A stretch of 64,000 nucleotides of DNA from an uncultured virus (IMG/VR IMGVR_UViG_3300012665_000884) (lineage: Duplodnaviria; Heunggongvirae; Uroviricota; Caudoviricetes): IMG/VR virus record IMGVR_UViG_3300012665_000884, one strand, 5' to 3'. Positions 46,764 to 55,771 of the stretch are shown in pieces. The first letter of the stretch is position 1. Every line of letters starts with the position of its first letter. The translations under genes were made by a program, and so were the position numbers. The notes below the pieces were generated by a model that worked only from the letters and a program-made list of their open reading frames with translations, was not told the DNA's origin and searched no databases.

Positions 46764-47405
46764 ATGTATTCATTCAACAAAAAAATTCAAAATGTGGCAA
46801 ATATTGCCGCGGAAATCATGTACGGTAAACAAGCAGTTACCGAGAAACTTCATCCAAACCAACAGAAGTTAGATGTACATGAGCCAGAAAAAGATAAATT
46901 AACTGCTAAAGATTTTAAAATGTTGCGTAAAGAAGGCTGGGACGATATGGTCAAAGCCGCTAAAGATACATTGAAAGACAAGCCAAAGCCAAACGGCGGT
47001 GCTGGTATGAAGCAGGGTTCTGCATACGGTGGCGGCAAACAAAAAGCTGATGCTCCTGTAAAAGAAGAAGCAACACAAGCAGAATTCACAGCCGAGTTGA
47101 AGAAGGCACAAGCAAAGGCTGCTGGTACTGCCAAGCAAGCACAAGTTTCTAAGCCAGCTGTTCAAGCGGTGCAAAACGAACAAACTCATACAGAGATTCA
47201 AGTTGTTGATTACAGTGACGTTAACGGCGTTAAAATGTCTACAATTGAATTGGATGAGCGTTCATTGACTTCTGATGAAAAATCAGAAATGGAAAAGAAC
47301 GTGAAGGGCATGAAAAAGAATCTTTCTGGTTTTAAAGAACGTTATGGCAAAGACGCTAAGTCTGTGATGTACGCTACAGCAACTAAACAAGCCAAAGGTG
47401 AGTAA
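46764..47405 (+). CDS. Probable capsid-internal modular protein
   Basis: Short Lys/Ala-rich modules separated by VTE, RKE, VKEE, LDE; ends VMYATATKQAK. Confidence 0.55.
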   Translation: MYSFNKKIQNVANIAAEIMYGKQAVTEKLHPNQQKLDVHEPEKDKLTAKDFKMLRKEGWDDMVKAAKDTLKDKPKPNGGAGMKQGSAYGGGKQKADAPVKEEATQAEFTAELKKAQAKAAGTAKQAQVSKPAVQAVQNEQTHTEIQVVDYSDVNGVKMSTIELDERSLTSDEKSEMEKNVKGMKKNLSGFKERYGKDAKSVMYATATKQAKGE

Positions 47406-47406
47406 T

Positions 47407-48711
47407 ATGAAAAAGTTTAGAAGTCTATTTGAAAAGTCTGATCCATGCTGGAAAAATTATGAGATGGTGGGCATGAAAGATAAGAACGGTAAAAAAGTTC
47501 CTAACTGTGTTCCTGTCAAAGAAAGTATTGATGAACAGATTCAGATGTTGGATGAAATGCCTGGTGCTAATATGGACACCCGTGCTGTTCATCAACACTT
47601 GAAGAAACAAGGTTGGTCACTAACACGTTCATCCGGCGGTCATGATGTGTTCACGCATCCAGAAGCAAAACATCACATTCCAGTTCCACGTCACCGTCAG
47701 TTGAAAGCACCTCTAGTTAGAGGCATTTTGAAACAATCAAAAATCAACGAAGCAAAAGACGAACAAGAATATGGTTATGAGGGCGACATGGCAATGAATC
47801 AGTTAGAAACTGTTATTCGCCATGCCACATATCTAAAAGATATGATGAAGCCTGATACAGATTTGCCTGAATGGGTACAATCAAAGATTACTCTTGCTAC
47901 AGACTATCTACAAACCGCCTGTGATTATATGACTTCCGAAATGAAGGAAAGTTACCATGATAATCGCCGTGGTTTTGGTAAACCACCACGTGAAGATGAC
48001 GAGTATCATGTACCTGATCCAACAGTTAAAAAAACAAAGTTGAAAAAAGAAGAAGTTGAACAATTGGAAGAAGGTCGTCCGTCACAACGCCATCCTCTTG
48101 AAGGACATGACTATCACAAAAAGACTGATGCTGAATTGAAGTATATCGCTAAAGATGCTCATGCCGCGGCCGAAGCAATGAAGTCACACAATACTGATGC
48201 TGAAAACAAGTATCGTGACCAAGCAAGCGATTCTGCTACTGTTCGTTATTACCGTCAGAAGAATGGTATGCAACCTTGGTACAAGAAAAAGTACGGACAC
48301 GTTAATGAGGAAGTTGTTTCTGAAGATAATGTTATTAACACAAATGCTATCAACTCTGTCCACAGTCAGCCAAAGAAGAAACAAACACCTGACGTTGAAC
48401 GTTATGTAACAGGTCAATCGAAACAAGTCGCTGGCACAAATGTTGTTGCATCTCCTCGTGAAAGTGTGCAAGAAGGTGTTGCCATGAATATTGCAAAGTT
48501 GGCTGCACGTAGAAACGCTGGTATAAAAGAAGCTAATGATAATACATTGTCTAGTTACGATAAAGAAGACACCCCTGCCAAGAAGACTTTAAGTAAGACT
48601 GCTGGCATGGTAAAAGATTTGGCGACTAATGCTAAAACAAAAGCCAAGGTAAAGAAATCTGACGATGCTTTTCAGCCAGAACCTGAATTGGCTTCCAACA
48701 TCGTTAGATAA
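47407..48711 (+). CDS. Modular protein containing an internal HicA-like RNase domain
   Basis: Start MKKFRSLFE; HicA pattern at 47557-47751; CWKNY..KVPNCVP and LPEWVQSKITLA modules. Confidence 0.75.
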   Translation: MKKFRSLFEKSDPCWKNYEMVGMKDKNGKKVPNCVPVKESIDEQIQMLDEMPGANMDTRAVHQHLKKQGWSLTRSSGGHDVFTHPEAKHHIPVPRHRQLKAPLVRGILKQSKINEAKDEQEYGYEGDMAMNQLETVIRHATYLKDMMKPDTDLPEWVQSKITLATDYLQTACDYMTSEMKESYHDNRRGFGKPPREDDEYHVPDPTVKKTKLKKEEVEQLEEGRPSQRHPLEGHDYHKKTDAELKYIAKDAHAAAEAMKSHNTDAENKYRDQASDSATVRYYRQKNGMQPWYKKKYGHVNEEVVSEDNVINTNAINSVHSQPKKKQTPDVERYVTGQSKQVAGTNVVASPRESVQEGVAMNIAKLAARRNAGIKEANDNTLSSYDKEDTPAKKTLSKTAGMVKDLATNAKTKAKVKKSDDAFQPEPELASNIVR

Positions 48712-48749
48712 TAAGTTTAATAAATATAACAATAACAAAGGAGACTTAA

Positions 48750-49316
48750 ATGTCAACATGGACACAATCCGACGCAAGCGCAGGTGCACCTAAATTCCCA
48801 GGTGTAGACGTTGGCGTTTCAGCTGGCGCAAATGGCGCACAACTTTTCGGTAACACACAAATTGCCGCTTTCCAGACTAACCGAAACATTGCCATTGGTA
48901 TTTTCGGTGTCGATACAACCGAACAAAGAGTATCTGCATCCGGTAACACACATGCACAACACTCCGGTTGGGTTCTAGTTAAGCAAGGCACTGGACCTGT
49001 TCTAACTATCACCGCTAATACGGACGCTGTTGCGACCAACACATATTTGACTTTCACTAACGGTGGAACAGGCAACACTTCTGCTAACGCATTGGTTTCT
49101 GTTAACACTGCTGGTTACATTCAATCTGTCACAGTTAATTCTGGCGGTAACTATTTACGTGCACCAGCTATTACTCAAGTCGGTAACGCATCATTCACAA
49201 TCACCATGGGTGGTCGTGCAGGACGCCGTCAAGTTGAAACATTGGTTGCTACAGGCACTATCGGTGCATCTGGTACTGCTGATGCCGCTGATGACGCAAT
49301 CTTTCCTGACGCATAA
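48750..49316 (+). CDS. Putative virion structural protein
   Basis: Gly/Thr/Ala-rich; HSGWV, GRAGRRQVETLVA; AATAAATA and AAGGAG upstream. Confidence 0.65.
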   Translation: MSTWTQSDASAGAPKFPGVDVGVSAGANGAQLFGNTQIAAFQTNRNIAIGIFGVDTTEQRVSASGNTHAQHSGWVLVKQGTGPVLTITANTDAVATNTYLTFTNGGTGNTSANALVSVNTAGYIQSVTVNSGGNYLRAPAITQVGNASFTITMGGRAGRRQVETLVATGTIGASGTADAADDAIFPDA

Positions 49317-49702
49317 TGATTGACTTTAAATCTTTTCTGACTGAAGAGATTGTGGAATCCACTGTTGTTGAATCAACGGTGGATTCTGCTGTCGTATCTA
49401 GAATTAATGATGTTTTATTCACTGATCTAGATGCACCATTTCTGACACCACAAGCAGGCATTCAACAAATCCGAAAGATTCTACTAATGTATGGTATTGA
49501 TATGCCAGCCGTGTTTGAATTGGATTCTGAGGGTGATGAATTGGTTCTTGATGCTAGTCCATACGGAGAGACTCCTATGGGACTGCTATATATTTTATAT
49601 TCGCTATCTGATGAAGGATATTATGAGTTCTATGCTGAAGTCACCGATGACGCTGGAATTGAAAAATTACTTGCTGACGGAGCAGACGACCAAGTAAATT
49701 AA
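49316..49702 (+). CDS. Acidic hypothetical protein with capsid-targeting-like start
   Basis: MIDFKSFLTE. Confidence 0.55.
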   Translation: MIDFKSFLTEEIVESTVVESTVDSAVVSRINDVLFTDLDAPFLTPQAGIQQIRKILLMYGIDMPAVFELDSEGDELVLDASPYGETPMGLLYILYSLSDEGYYEFYAEVTDDAGIEKLLADGADDQVN

Positions 49703-49703
49703 A

Positions 49704-50096
49704 ATGTCCTTTGATGATTTGACAAGTGAAAATATATTAATCTATGCTGTTAAGGCTTATGATAAGCCGAACTGTATAATGTCTGAGTTTAAAGAGGACA
49801 TGAAGCGATTCAACTATCTGAAAAGATTGTTTCGTAGGTATCGTAAACTAGGTGATTTGAAAGAACGATTAGTTATCAATCATCTGGTAGTTTTATATAA
49901 TGTTTTTGGTGTAGAAGTGGCAACAAGAATGCTATTTTATAAGATGAACGTGGAAGATTATAGTGCATTGAAAACATTTTTATTGTTTTTGAACTATATG
50001 CCCACAACGGTAAATGGTATTAAAGGTAACAACATTCATTCATCCGATATAACTGTAGATTTATTAATTGCTGATAAGCTAAGAGAAATTAAATGA
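49704..50096 (+). CDS. Conserved T4-like hypothetical protein
   Basis: EDMKRFNYLKRLFRRY, ERLVINHLVVLYNVFG. Confidence 0.7.
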   Translation: MSFDDLTSENILIYAVKAYDKPNCIMSEFKEDMKRFNYLKRLFRRYRKLGDLKERLVINHLVVLYNVFGVEVATRMLFYKMNVEDYSALKTFLLFLNYMPTTVNGIKGNNIHSSDITVDLLIADKLREIK

Positions 50097-50446
50097 AAAA
50101 AAATGTCACAGAAGATATGGGTGCGGCGCCAACAAATGGAGTGGGCGGAGGTGTAGTTGCTGGTATTGGCATTCAGAATCCTAACTTACCAAATCAGGCG
50201 GAACCAGGTGTCAAAAAACGCAAAAAATTCGCAGGAAGCACCGTCTTCAAAGTGCCATCAAAATCATTTGTTATGGCTAGAATGCTTAAACGCAAACATG
50301 TACGATTCGAACAATATCTCGGAGATGCAGACGTTGCAAAAGAAATCTCCGAATTTGCCAACTCCAATTGGAAAGAAGCAATCATCATTGAAGATGAACA
50401 AACAGGAGCAATGATGTACTTACGATACGGTAAGGGGAATAGATAA
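50093..50446 (+). CDS. Conserved hypothetical protein
   Basis: APTNGVGGG, IIIEDEQTGAMMYLR. Confidence 0.6.
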   Translation: MKKNVTEDMGAAPTNGVGGGVVAGIGIQNPNLPNQAEPGVKKRKKFAGSTVFKVPSKSFVMARMLKRKHVRFEQYLGDADVAKEISEFANSNWKEAIIIEDEQTGAMMYLRYGKGNR

Positions 50447-50853
50447 TGTGGTTACTACAATTTCTTCCTAACTGGATTTTTTATGCTGCCTTAATCGGTG
50501 GCATTTTTGGTTTGGCACTAAACAGATATGTGCCACAGATTTATAGATTGTATGTGCAGATTGGTTCATTACTTGCGTTTGTTATTGGTACATTCATGTC
50601 TGGCGCCATTTACGATAATGAAACGTGGCTTGCTAGGGTGCGTGAGATGGAAGCAAAGGTTGCTAAAGCTGAAGAACAAGCTAAAGAAGCAACCGCTCAA
50701 GTCGATGCTAAAGTAGATGTACAGAGAACAAAGATTATAGAGAAACAACTTGTGGTTAAAGAATTTATTGACCGTGAGATTGTTAAGTATGATAACCAAT
50801 GTGTAATTCCTAAAGAGTTTATTGAAGTACACAATAAGGCAGCCGAAAAATGA
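50446..50853 (+). CDS. Inner-membrane spanin (Rz-like)
   Basis: N-terminal TM segments, coiled coil, C-terminal CVIP; upstream of lipoprotein and endolysin. Confidence 0.7.
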   Translation: MWLLQFLPNWIFYAALIGGIFGLALNRYVPQIYRLYVQIGSLLAFVIGTFMSGAIYDNETWLARVREMEAKVAKAEEQAKEATAQVDAKVDVQRTKIIEKQLVVKEFIDREIVKYDNQCVIPKEFIEVHNKAAEK

Positions 50854-51074
50854 AATCATTTAATAATTATATTTTAGAAAATGCCAAACTTGTAAAGAAG
50901 TCTGCTTATCGCGGTAGAACAACCGCTGATGTTGAATGGGAAGCACACGATAAGCACGGAAATATTATTAGGGTAGAGAAAAGTAAGAAGGCAGCCCAAG
51001 TGTGGGTTGATATGGAGAACATGTCGAAAGAAGATTTCTTCCAAAAGTATCCACATATGAAAGCACCACAATGA
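50850..51074 (+). CDS. Hypothetical protein between the spanin genes
   Basis: 74 aa, start MKSFNNYILE, ATGA-coupled both sides. Confidence 0.55.
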   Translation: MKSFNNYILENAKLVKKSAYRGRTTADVEWEAHDKHGNIIRVEKSKKAAQVWVDMENMSKEDFFQKYPHMKAPQ

Positions 51075-51328
51075 AATACCTACTGATTGTATTATTACTT
51101 GCTGGTTGTTCAACTACAGTTCCTGTTACTGCAAAATTTCCTGCGGCTCCTAAGTTTGCAATGGAGACATGTCCACAATTAAAGAAACTAAATAACGATG
51201 CGAAGTTGAGTGATGTAGCCACAACTGTCACCAATAACTATTCGACTTATTATGAATGCGCTGTGAAAAATGATGCTTGGATTGAGTGGTATCAAATACA
51301 GAAACATATATTCGAAAGTGTAAAATAA
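51071..51328 (+). CDS. Outer-membrane spanin lipoprotein (Rz1-like)
   Basis: Lipobox LLAGC, Pro-rich segment, two further Cys. Confidence 0.8.
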   Translation: MKYLLIVLLLAGCSTTVPVTAKFPAAPKFAMETCPQLKKLNNDAKLSDVATTVTNNYSTYYECAVKNDAWIEWYQIQKHIFESVK

Positions 51329-51954
51329 TGGAATTGACAAAAGACCAACTGAAGCAATTACTTCCAAAGAATCCATACATTGACCAATGGCATGCTGCCT
51401 TGGCTCAATTATTGCCAGATTACGATATCAATACATCACAACGTATTGCGGCATTCTTGGCTCAATGTGCCCACGAATCTGGTAACTTCTTGTTTCTCAA
51501 AGAGAACTTGAATTACAAAGCCGCATCACTACGTAAGATTTTTTCTAAGTATTTCCCCGATGATCTAATTGCACAAAAATATGCATCGTTGCCAAATAAG
51601 GCAGAAGCAATTGCAAACCGTATCTATGCTAATCGTATGGGTAACGGACCAGAATCATCTGGTGATGGATACAAGTTTTGTGGTCGTGGTCTAATTCAAT
51701 TGACTGGACGTGACAACTATACATTCTTTGCTGGATCACTACAAATTTCTGTTGAAGAGGCATCTGAGTATCTACAAACATTTGAAGGTGCCGCACAATC
51801 TGCCTGCTGGTTCTGGGAAACAAATAACTTGAATCAATATGCCGATAGTGGTGATATTCTTACCATGACTAAGCGTATCAATGGTGGTACAATTGGACTT
51901 GAAGACCGTATTAAACATTACGAACATGCATTGCATGTTTTGGGAGTCCATTAA
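51328..51954 (+). CDS. Endolysin, glycoside hydrolase family 19
   Basis: AAFLAQCAHES, ENLNY, GRGLIQLTG, TKRINGG. Confidence 0.93.
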   Translation: MELTKDQLKQLLPKNPYIDQWHAALAQLLPDYDINTSQRIAAFLAQCAHESGNFLFLKENLNYKAASLRKIFSKYFPDDLIAQKYASLPNKAEAIANRIYANRMGNGPESSGDGYKFCGRGLIQLTGRDNYTFFAGSLQISVEEASEYLQTFEGAAQSACWFWETNNLNQYADSGDILTMTKRINGGTIGLEDRIKHYEHALHVLGVH

Positions 51955-52388
51955 TGAAAAAACTATTAATTGTTTTGGCATTGTTGCCATGTTTGGCATT
52001 TGCACAAAAGCAAAAAGATGGTGTCACATATGATGCTGTAATCACACGTGTGATTGATGGCGACACTGTGGCATTTCAAGCACCATTTCTACCTGCTCCA
52101 CTCAAACAAGAACTTTCTATCCGAGTATTTGGTGTTGACACACCAGAAAAAGGATTCAGAGCAAAATGTCCTAGTGAAGATGTGAGAGGACAAGCCGCTT
52201 CCGCTTTTACTAAGGCTCAGATTAATGCATCAGGCAAGAGACAAATTATCCTGATGGATTGGGATAAGTATGGTGGACGTGTCTTGGGTGATGTATTACT
52301 TGACGGCAAAAGCCTTCGTATGATGTTGATTCAAAATGGCTACGCCCGTGAATATTACGGCGAAGCGAAAACTTCATGGTGCGAATAA
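51954..52388 (+). CDS. Thermonuclease (SNase-like) with signal peptide
   Basis: VIDGDT, IRVFGVDTPE, DKYGGRVLG; hydrophobic N-terminus. Confidence 0.88.
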   Translation: MKKLLIVLALLPCLAFAQKQKDGVTYDAVITRVIDGDTVAFQAPFLPAPLKQELSIRVFGVDTPEKGFRAKCPSEDVRGQAASAFTKAQINASGKRQIILMDWDKYGGRVLGDVLLDGKSLRMMLIQNGYAREYYGEAKTSWCE

Positions 52389-52389
52389 A

Positions 52390-52674
52390 ATGAATGACAA
52401 AAAAGTAGCAAAGTGGTTTGTAGTGTTACTGTTCTTGCCTCTAGCGTTGGCAATTTTCAGTGGCGATAGATTCCGTTATCCATGCCAAGACCCAGAAAAC
52501 TGGGATAAAGAATTTTGTAAAATGCCAATATGTGATGTGACGAGAACATGTCCTGAACATATTTTTAAAGGGCAACGTGACCCTAGATTAGGACCTCCAA
52601 AAGATGGACAAACTCAAACAATTACTCCAGTACCTCAAGCAATACCCACACAAGGAGCAACCTGTGCAAAATAA
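52390..52674 (+). CDS. Small membrane-anchored Cys-containing protein
   Basis: TM segment then DRFRYPCQDPENW...C...C...CP. Confidence 0.6.
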   Translation: MNDKKVAKWFVVLLFLPLALAIFSGDRFRYPCQDPENWDKEFCKMPICDVTRTCPEHIFKGQRDPRLGPPKDGQTQTITPVPQAIPTQGATCAK

Positions 52675-53128
52675 TCAAGAAGATTTTATCTATACCGAAG
52701 AGCAGTTGATGGCTCGACTGAAATTCTTTATCGGTATCTGTCTATCACTGACATTATTCGGTATTGTGTTTGTTGTGTTGTACTCACTTATTTTTGTGAC
52801 ACAGCCATTGAATGCTATTTCTCCAATTGACCAAAAATTCTTTGAGTTGATTATTCCTATTGCAACATTCTTGACAGGTACATTATCAGGTATCATGTTG
52901 GCAGGCGGTGACAAAGATGCACAAAAGCAAGCACTTGCAGCCGCTAACAAAGGATGGGATAAACCTCCAACACCAATTGCTGTTGAGAAGTCTTCTCCTG
53001 CACCAACATTCACACCTGGCATTTCAACAACGCCAGGCATTGTGCCAGCACAGTCATTCACACCATCAGTAACAACAGGCTTTGGTGGCAAAGAAGCGCC
53101 TGTTCAACCACCACATCCAGAGATTTAA
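52664..53128 (+). CDS. Two-TM membrane protein, holin candidate
   Basis: GTG start after AAGGAG (ATG 52604 alternative); two TM helices, Pro-rich tail. Confidence 0.55.
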   Translation: MQNNQEDFIYTEEQLMARLKFFIGICLSLTLFGIVFVVLYSLIFVTQPLNAISPIDQKFFELIIPIATFLTGTLSGIMLAGGDKDAQKQALAAANKGWDKPPTPIAVEKSSPAPTFTPGISTTPGIVPAQSFTPSVTTGFGGKEAPVQPPHPEI

Positions 53129-53344
53129 ATGTTAAGCGGCATCATTAGCATGTTATCAGATGGTATAAATAATACCATCTCCAGCAAGAGAGTTGTCACG
53201 GTTCTTGCTTTCATTCTATGTGGTGTCGCTTTTATCTCGGACCTATTTTGGGGTTTCAAGGTAGAGAAGGCATCATTTGATGCCATGATGTACATTGTGG
53301 TTGCAGGATTAGGTTTTACGGCATCAGAAAAATTTACAAAATAG
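53129..53344 (+). CDS. Small two-TM protein, holin candidate
   Basis: SSKRV, TM, TM, GLGFTASEKF. Confidence 0.55.
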   Translation: MLSGIISMLSDGINNTISSKRVVTVLAFILCGVAFISDLFWGFKVEKASFDAMMYIVVAGLGFTASEKFTK

Positions 53345-53352
53345 GAAAAGTT

Positions 53353-53565
53353 ATGAAAAACATTTTACAAGCAATTATTTTATCATTGTCATTAGTCACT
53401 TGTGCGTATGCCGATACACCCAAAGAAACAACAAAGGTTTGTGTTGACGTTGTTAAAGACGGCAAGCCTGTGTTGGACAAAAAAACTGGTAAACCACAAC
53501 AACAATGTAAGACAATGAAAGTTCACAAAAAACTTGACGGTCATGCGGTACCCGAAAAGAAATAA
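53353..53565 (+). CDS. Small exported protein
   Basis: Signal peptide, two Cys, basic mature part. Confidence 0.55.
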   Translation: MKNILQAIILSLSLVTCAYADTPKETTKVCVDVVKDGKPVLDKKTGKPQQQCKTMKVHKKLDGHAVPEKK

Positions 53566-53566
53566 T

Positions 53567-54004
53567 ATGGTACCCGAATCAGAAATTGTTGCAATGAAGG
53601 TAGATGTTGGTGTTTTGAAAACTCAAGTCACATCATTGACACTACTTTGTGATAAAATGGATAAAGTCATTGAGAAATTGATGGAAAAGCAAGAGAATAA
53701 TACTAATAACATTTACGATGATATGAACATCAAAAAGCAAGAAACGATAGCAGATATCAAAGAAATTCATTCACGCATCACCACAGTTGATAGAAATTTA
53801 ACAGACAAGTTGGATTTAACTGAGCGTAGAATTATGGATGAGATTAGGTGTCTGCGTGATGATATTGCTAGACACAATAAAGTCGAAGATGACCAAATTA
53901 GTAAGATTCTCGAATGGAAATGGATGGCAGCAGGTGGCATCATTACCGTTGCATGGTTGATATCAAACGTCAAATTAGAGTTTATTTCCAAATTATTTGG
54001 TTGA
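53567..54004 (+). CDS. Coiled-coil protein with C-terminal TM segment
   Basis: Heptad pattern, LEWKWMAAGGII. Confidence 0.6.
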   Translation: MVPESEIVAMKVDVGVLKTQVTSLTLLCDKMDKVIEKLMEKQENNTNNIYDDMNIKKQETIADIKEIHSRITTVDRNLTDKLDLTERRIMDEIRCLRDDIARHNKVEDDQISKILEWKWMAAGGIITVAWLISNVKLEFISKLFG

Positions 54005-54041
54005 CAAATCATAGGGGTTCATATATAATGAACCTCTATGA
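54001..54041 (+). promoter_or_regulatory. Sigma70 promoter with -10 at the loop of a 14-bp hairpin covering the primase ATG
   Basis: TTGACA-17 nt-TATAAT; TCATAGGGGTTCAT / ATGAACCTCTATGA. Confidence 0.75.
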
Positions 54042-55066
54042 GCCTTCCTGTCGATCTTAAATATCTCCTTATCCTATCCTCACGTTTCGAGAAATTTCAG
54101 CGCAAGTCTGATTATTTGTTCAATGTGCGTTGTCCACTCTGTGGCGATTCACAAAAGAACAAAAACAAGATGCGTGGCTATGTCTTCCGAAAAAAGAATG
54201 ACCTATTATACAAGTGCCATAACTGTGGTGCTGGTATATCTGTGGGTAATCTTATCAAACACATGGACAACAATCTTCACCGTGAGTACATCATGGAAAG
54301 ATATAAGTCTGGTGAAATTGTTTCCAAAGCAAACGAAATCAAAACGTTTGATATACCATCACCACGCTTTGGTAAACTAGAAACTGCAACATATACCACC
54401 GCAGAACGGTGCGATATGTTACCAGCAGGACACTTCTGTCGTACATACCTAGAGAAGCGCCTAGTTCCAAAAGAACTATTCAACAAACTATATTTTACTT
54501 CAAACTATGAGAAGTATTGTGACGAAGTATATCCAAATCACGGTAAAGATATCACACCTGATGCCAGACTTGTAATCCCATTCTATGATGAATGGAATTC
54601 ATTAGTAGGAGTGTCTGGCCGTGCGTTAACTACCGCAGATAATAAACTCAGGTATGTTACAATCAAGACTAATGATAGTCCTAATAAATTGATATACGGT
54701 TTAGATCGTATTGACTTCACAAAGCCAGTTAAGATTGTTGAAGGACCGATTGATTCATTGTTTCTAAATAACTGCCTAGCCTCTGGTGATTCAAGTATAC
54801 ATGTGACTGCAAAATATTTTGAAGCAAAAGAAAAAATATTAATTTTTGACAATGAGCCTCGAAATAAAGAGATTGTCAAATTAATGCAGGATGCTATCAA
54901 ATTAGGACATAATATTGTTATTTGGCCTGATGTGATGCCAGGCAAAGATATTAATGAAATGGTCATGAACGGTATCTCACCTGATGAAATTGAAAAGATT
55001 ATAAGTAAGAATACAGTAAATGGCTTAGAAGCACAGACGAAATTTGTTTTTTGGAAGAAAGTATAG
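54038..55066 (+). CDS. 61: DNA primase gp61
   Basis: RCPLCGDS, CHNCG, VEGPIDSLF, FDNEPRN, KDINEM. Confidence 0.96.
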   Translation: MSLPVDLKYLLILSSRFEKFQRKSDYLFNVRCPLCGDSQKNKNKMRGYVFRKKNDLLYKCHNCGAGISVGNLIKHMDNNLHREYIMERYKSGEIVSKANEIKTFDIPSPRFGKLETATYTTAERCDMLPAGHFCRTYLEKRLVPKELFNKLYFTSNYEKYCDEVYPNHGKDITPDARLVIPFYDEWNSLVGVSGRALTTADNKLRYVTIKTNDSPNKLIYGLDRIDFTKPVKIVEGPIDSLFLNNCLASGDSSIHVTAKYFEAKEKILIFDNEPRNKEIVKLMQDAIKLGHNIVIWPDVMPGKDINEMVMNGISPDEIEKIISKNTVNGLEAQTKFVFWKKV

Positions 55067-55067
55067 T

Positions 55068-55751
55068 ATGAAAGTGAAATTAATTAGTTATAGCAAACCC
55101 TCTCGGCAGATTGCTAGTGAAGGTTTATATGACATGCAGGAACTCATCGCATTTTGTGCCAGAGTATCGAATCCTAGCAACCAATTCAACACACAGACAA
55201 GTGAAAAGTTAATCAAATATTTGATTAATAATAAACATTGGTCACCTCTTGAAATGGTGTCAGCATGTGTGGAGGTGGAAACAACACGTGATATCGCACG
55301 ACAAATCTTGCGCCATCGTTCGTTTAGTTTTCAGGAGTTTAGTCAACGTTATGCTGATCCAACTAAAGATTTGGATTTTGTTACACGTGAAGCACGAATG
55401 CAAGATACAAAGAATCGTCAGAATAGTGTAGAATTGGATATGCGTAATGATGATGACCGTAGATTGGCAACACAGTGGGAACAGATGCAACTTAAAGTTA
55501 TTGAGGCGTCTAAGGAAGCATATTCCTGGGCAGTTGACCATGGTATTGCAAAAGAACAAGCCCGTGCTGTATTACCGGAAGGCAACACAGTCAGTCGCAT
55601 GTATATGAATGGCAGCCTGCGTTCTTGGATTCACTACATAGATGTCCGAAGTGATATTAGCACACAGAAAGAACATAGAGAGATCGCACAAGCTATTGCA
55701 CAGGTGATTGCAGAGGTATTTCCTCTGTCAACCGAATTTGTACAAAAATAA
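55068..55751 (+). CDS. thyX: Flavin-dependent thymidylate synthase
   Basis: HWSPLE, RQILRHRSFSFQEFSQRY, TQKEHR. Confidence 0.96.
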   Translation: MKVKLISYSKPSRQIASEGLYDMQELIAFCARVSNPSNQFNTQTSEKLIKYLINNKHWSPLEMVSACVEVETTRDIARQILRHRSFSFQEFSQRYADPTKDLDFVTREARMQDTKNRQNSVELDMRNDDDRRLATQWEQMQLKVIEASKEAYSWAVDHGIAKEQARAVLPEGNTVSRMYMNGSLRSWIHYIDVRSDISTQKEHREIAQAIAQVIAEVFPLSTEFVQK

Positions 55752-55771
55752 TAATAAATGGAGTAAAAGAT

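Noticed and set aside
50849..51077. AATGAAAT at both ends of the inter-spanin ORF as a target-site duplication
   Set aside because: Explained by ATGA stop/start overlaps followed by a Lys codon; not evidence of transposition
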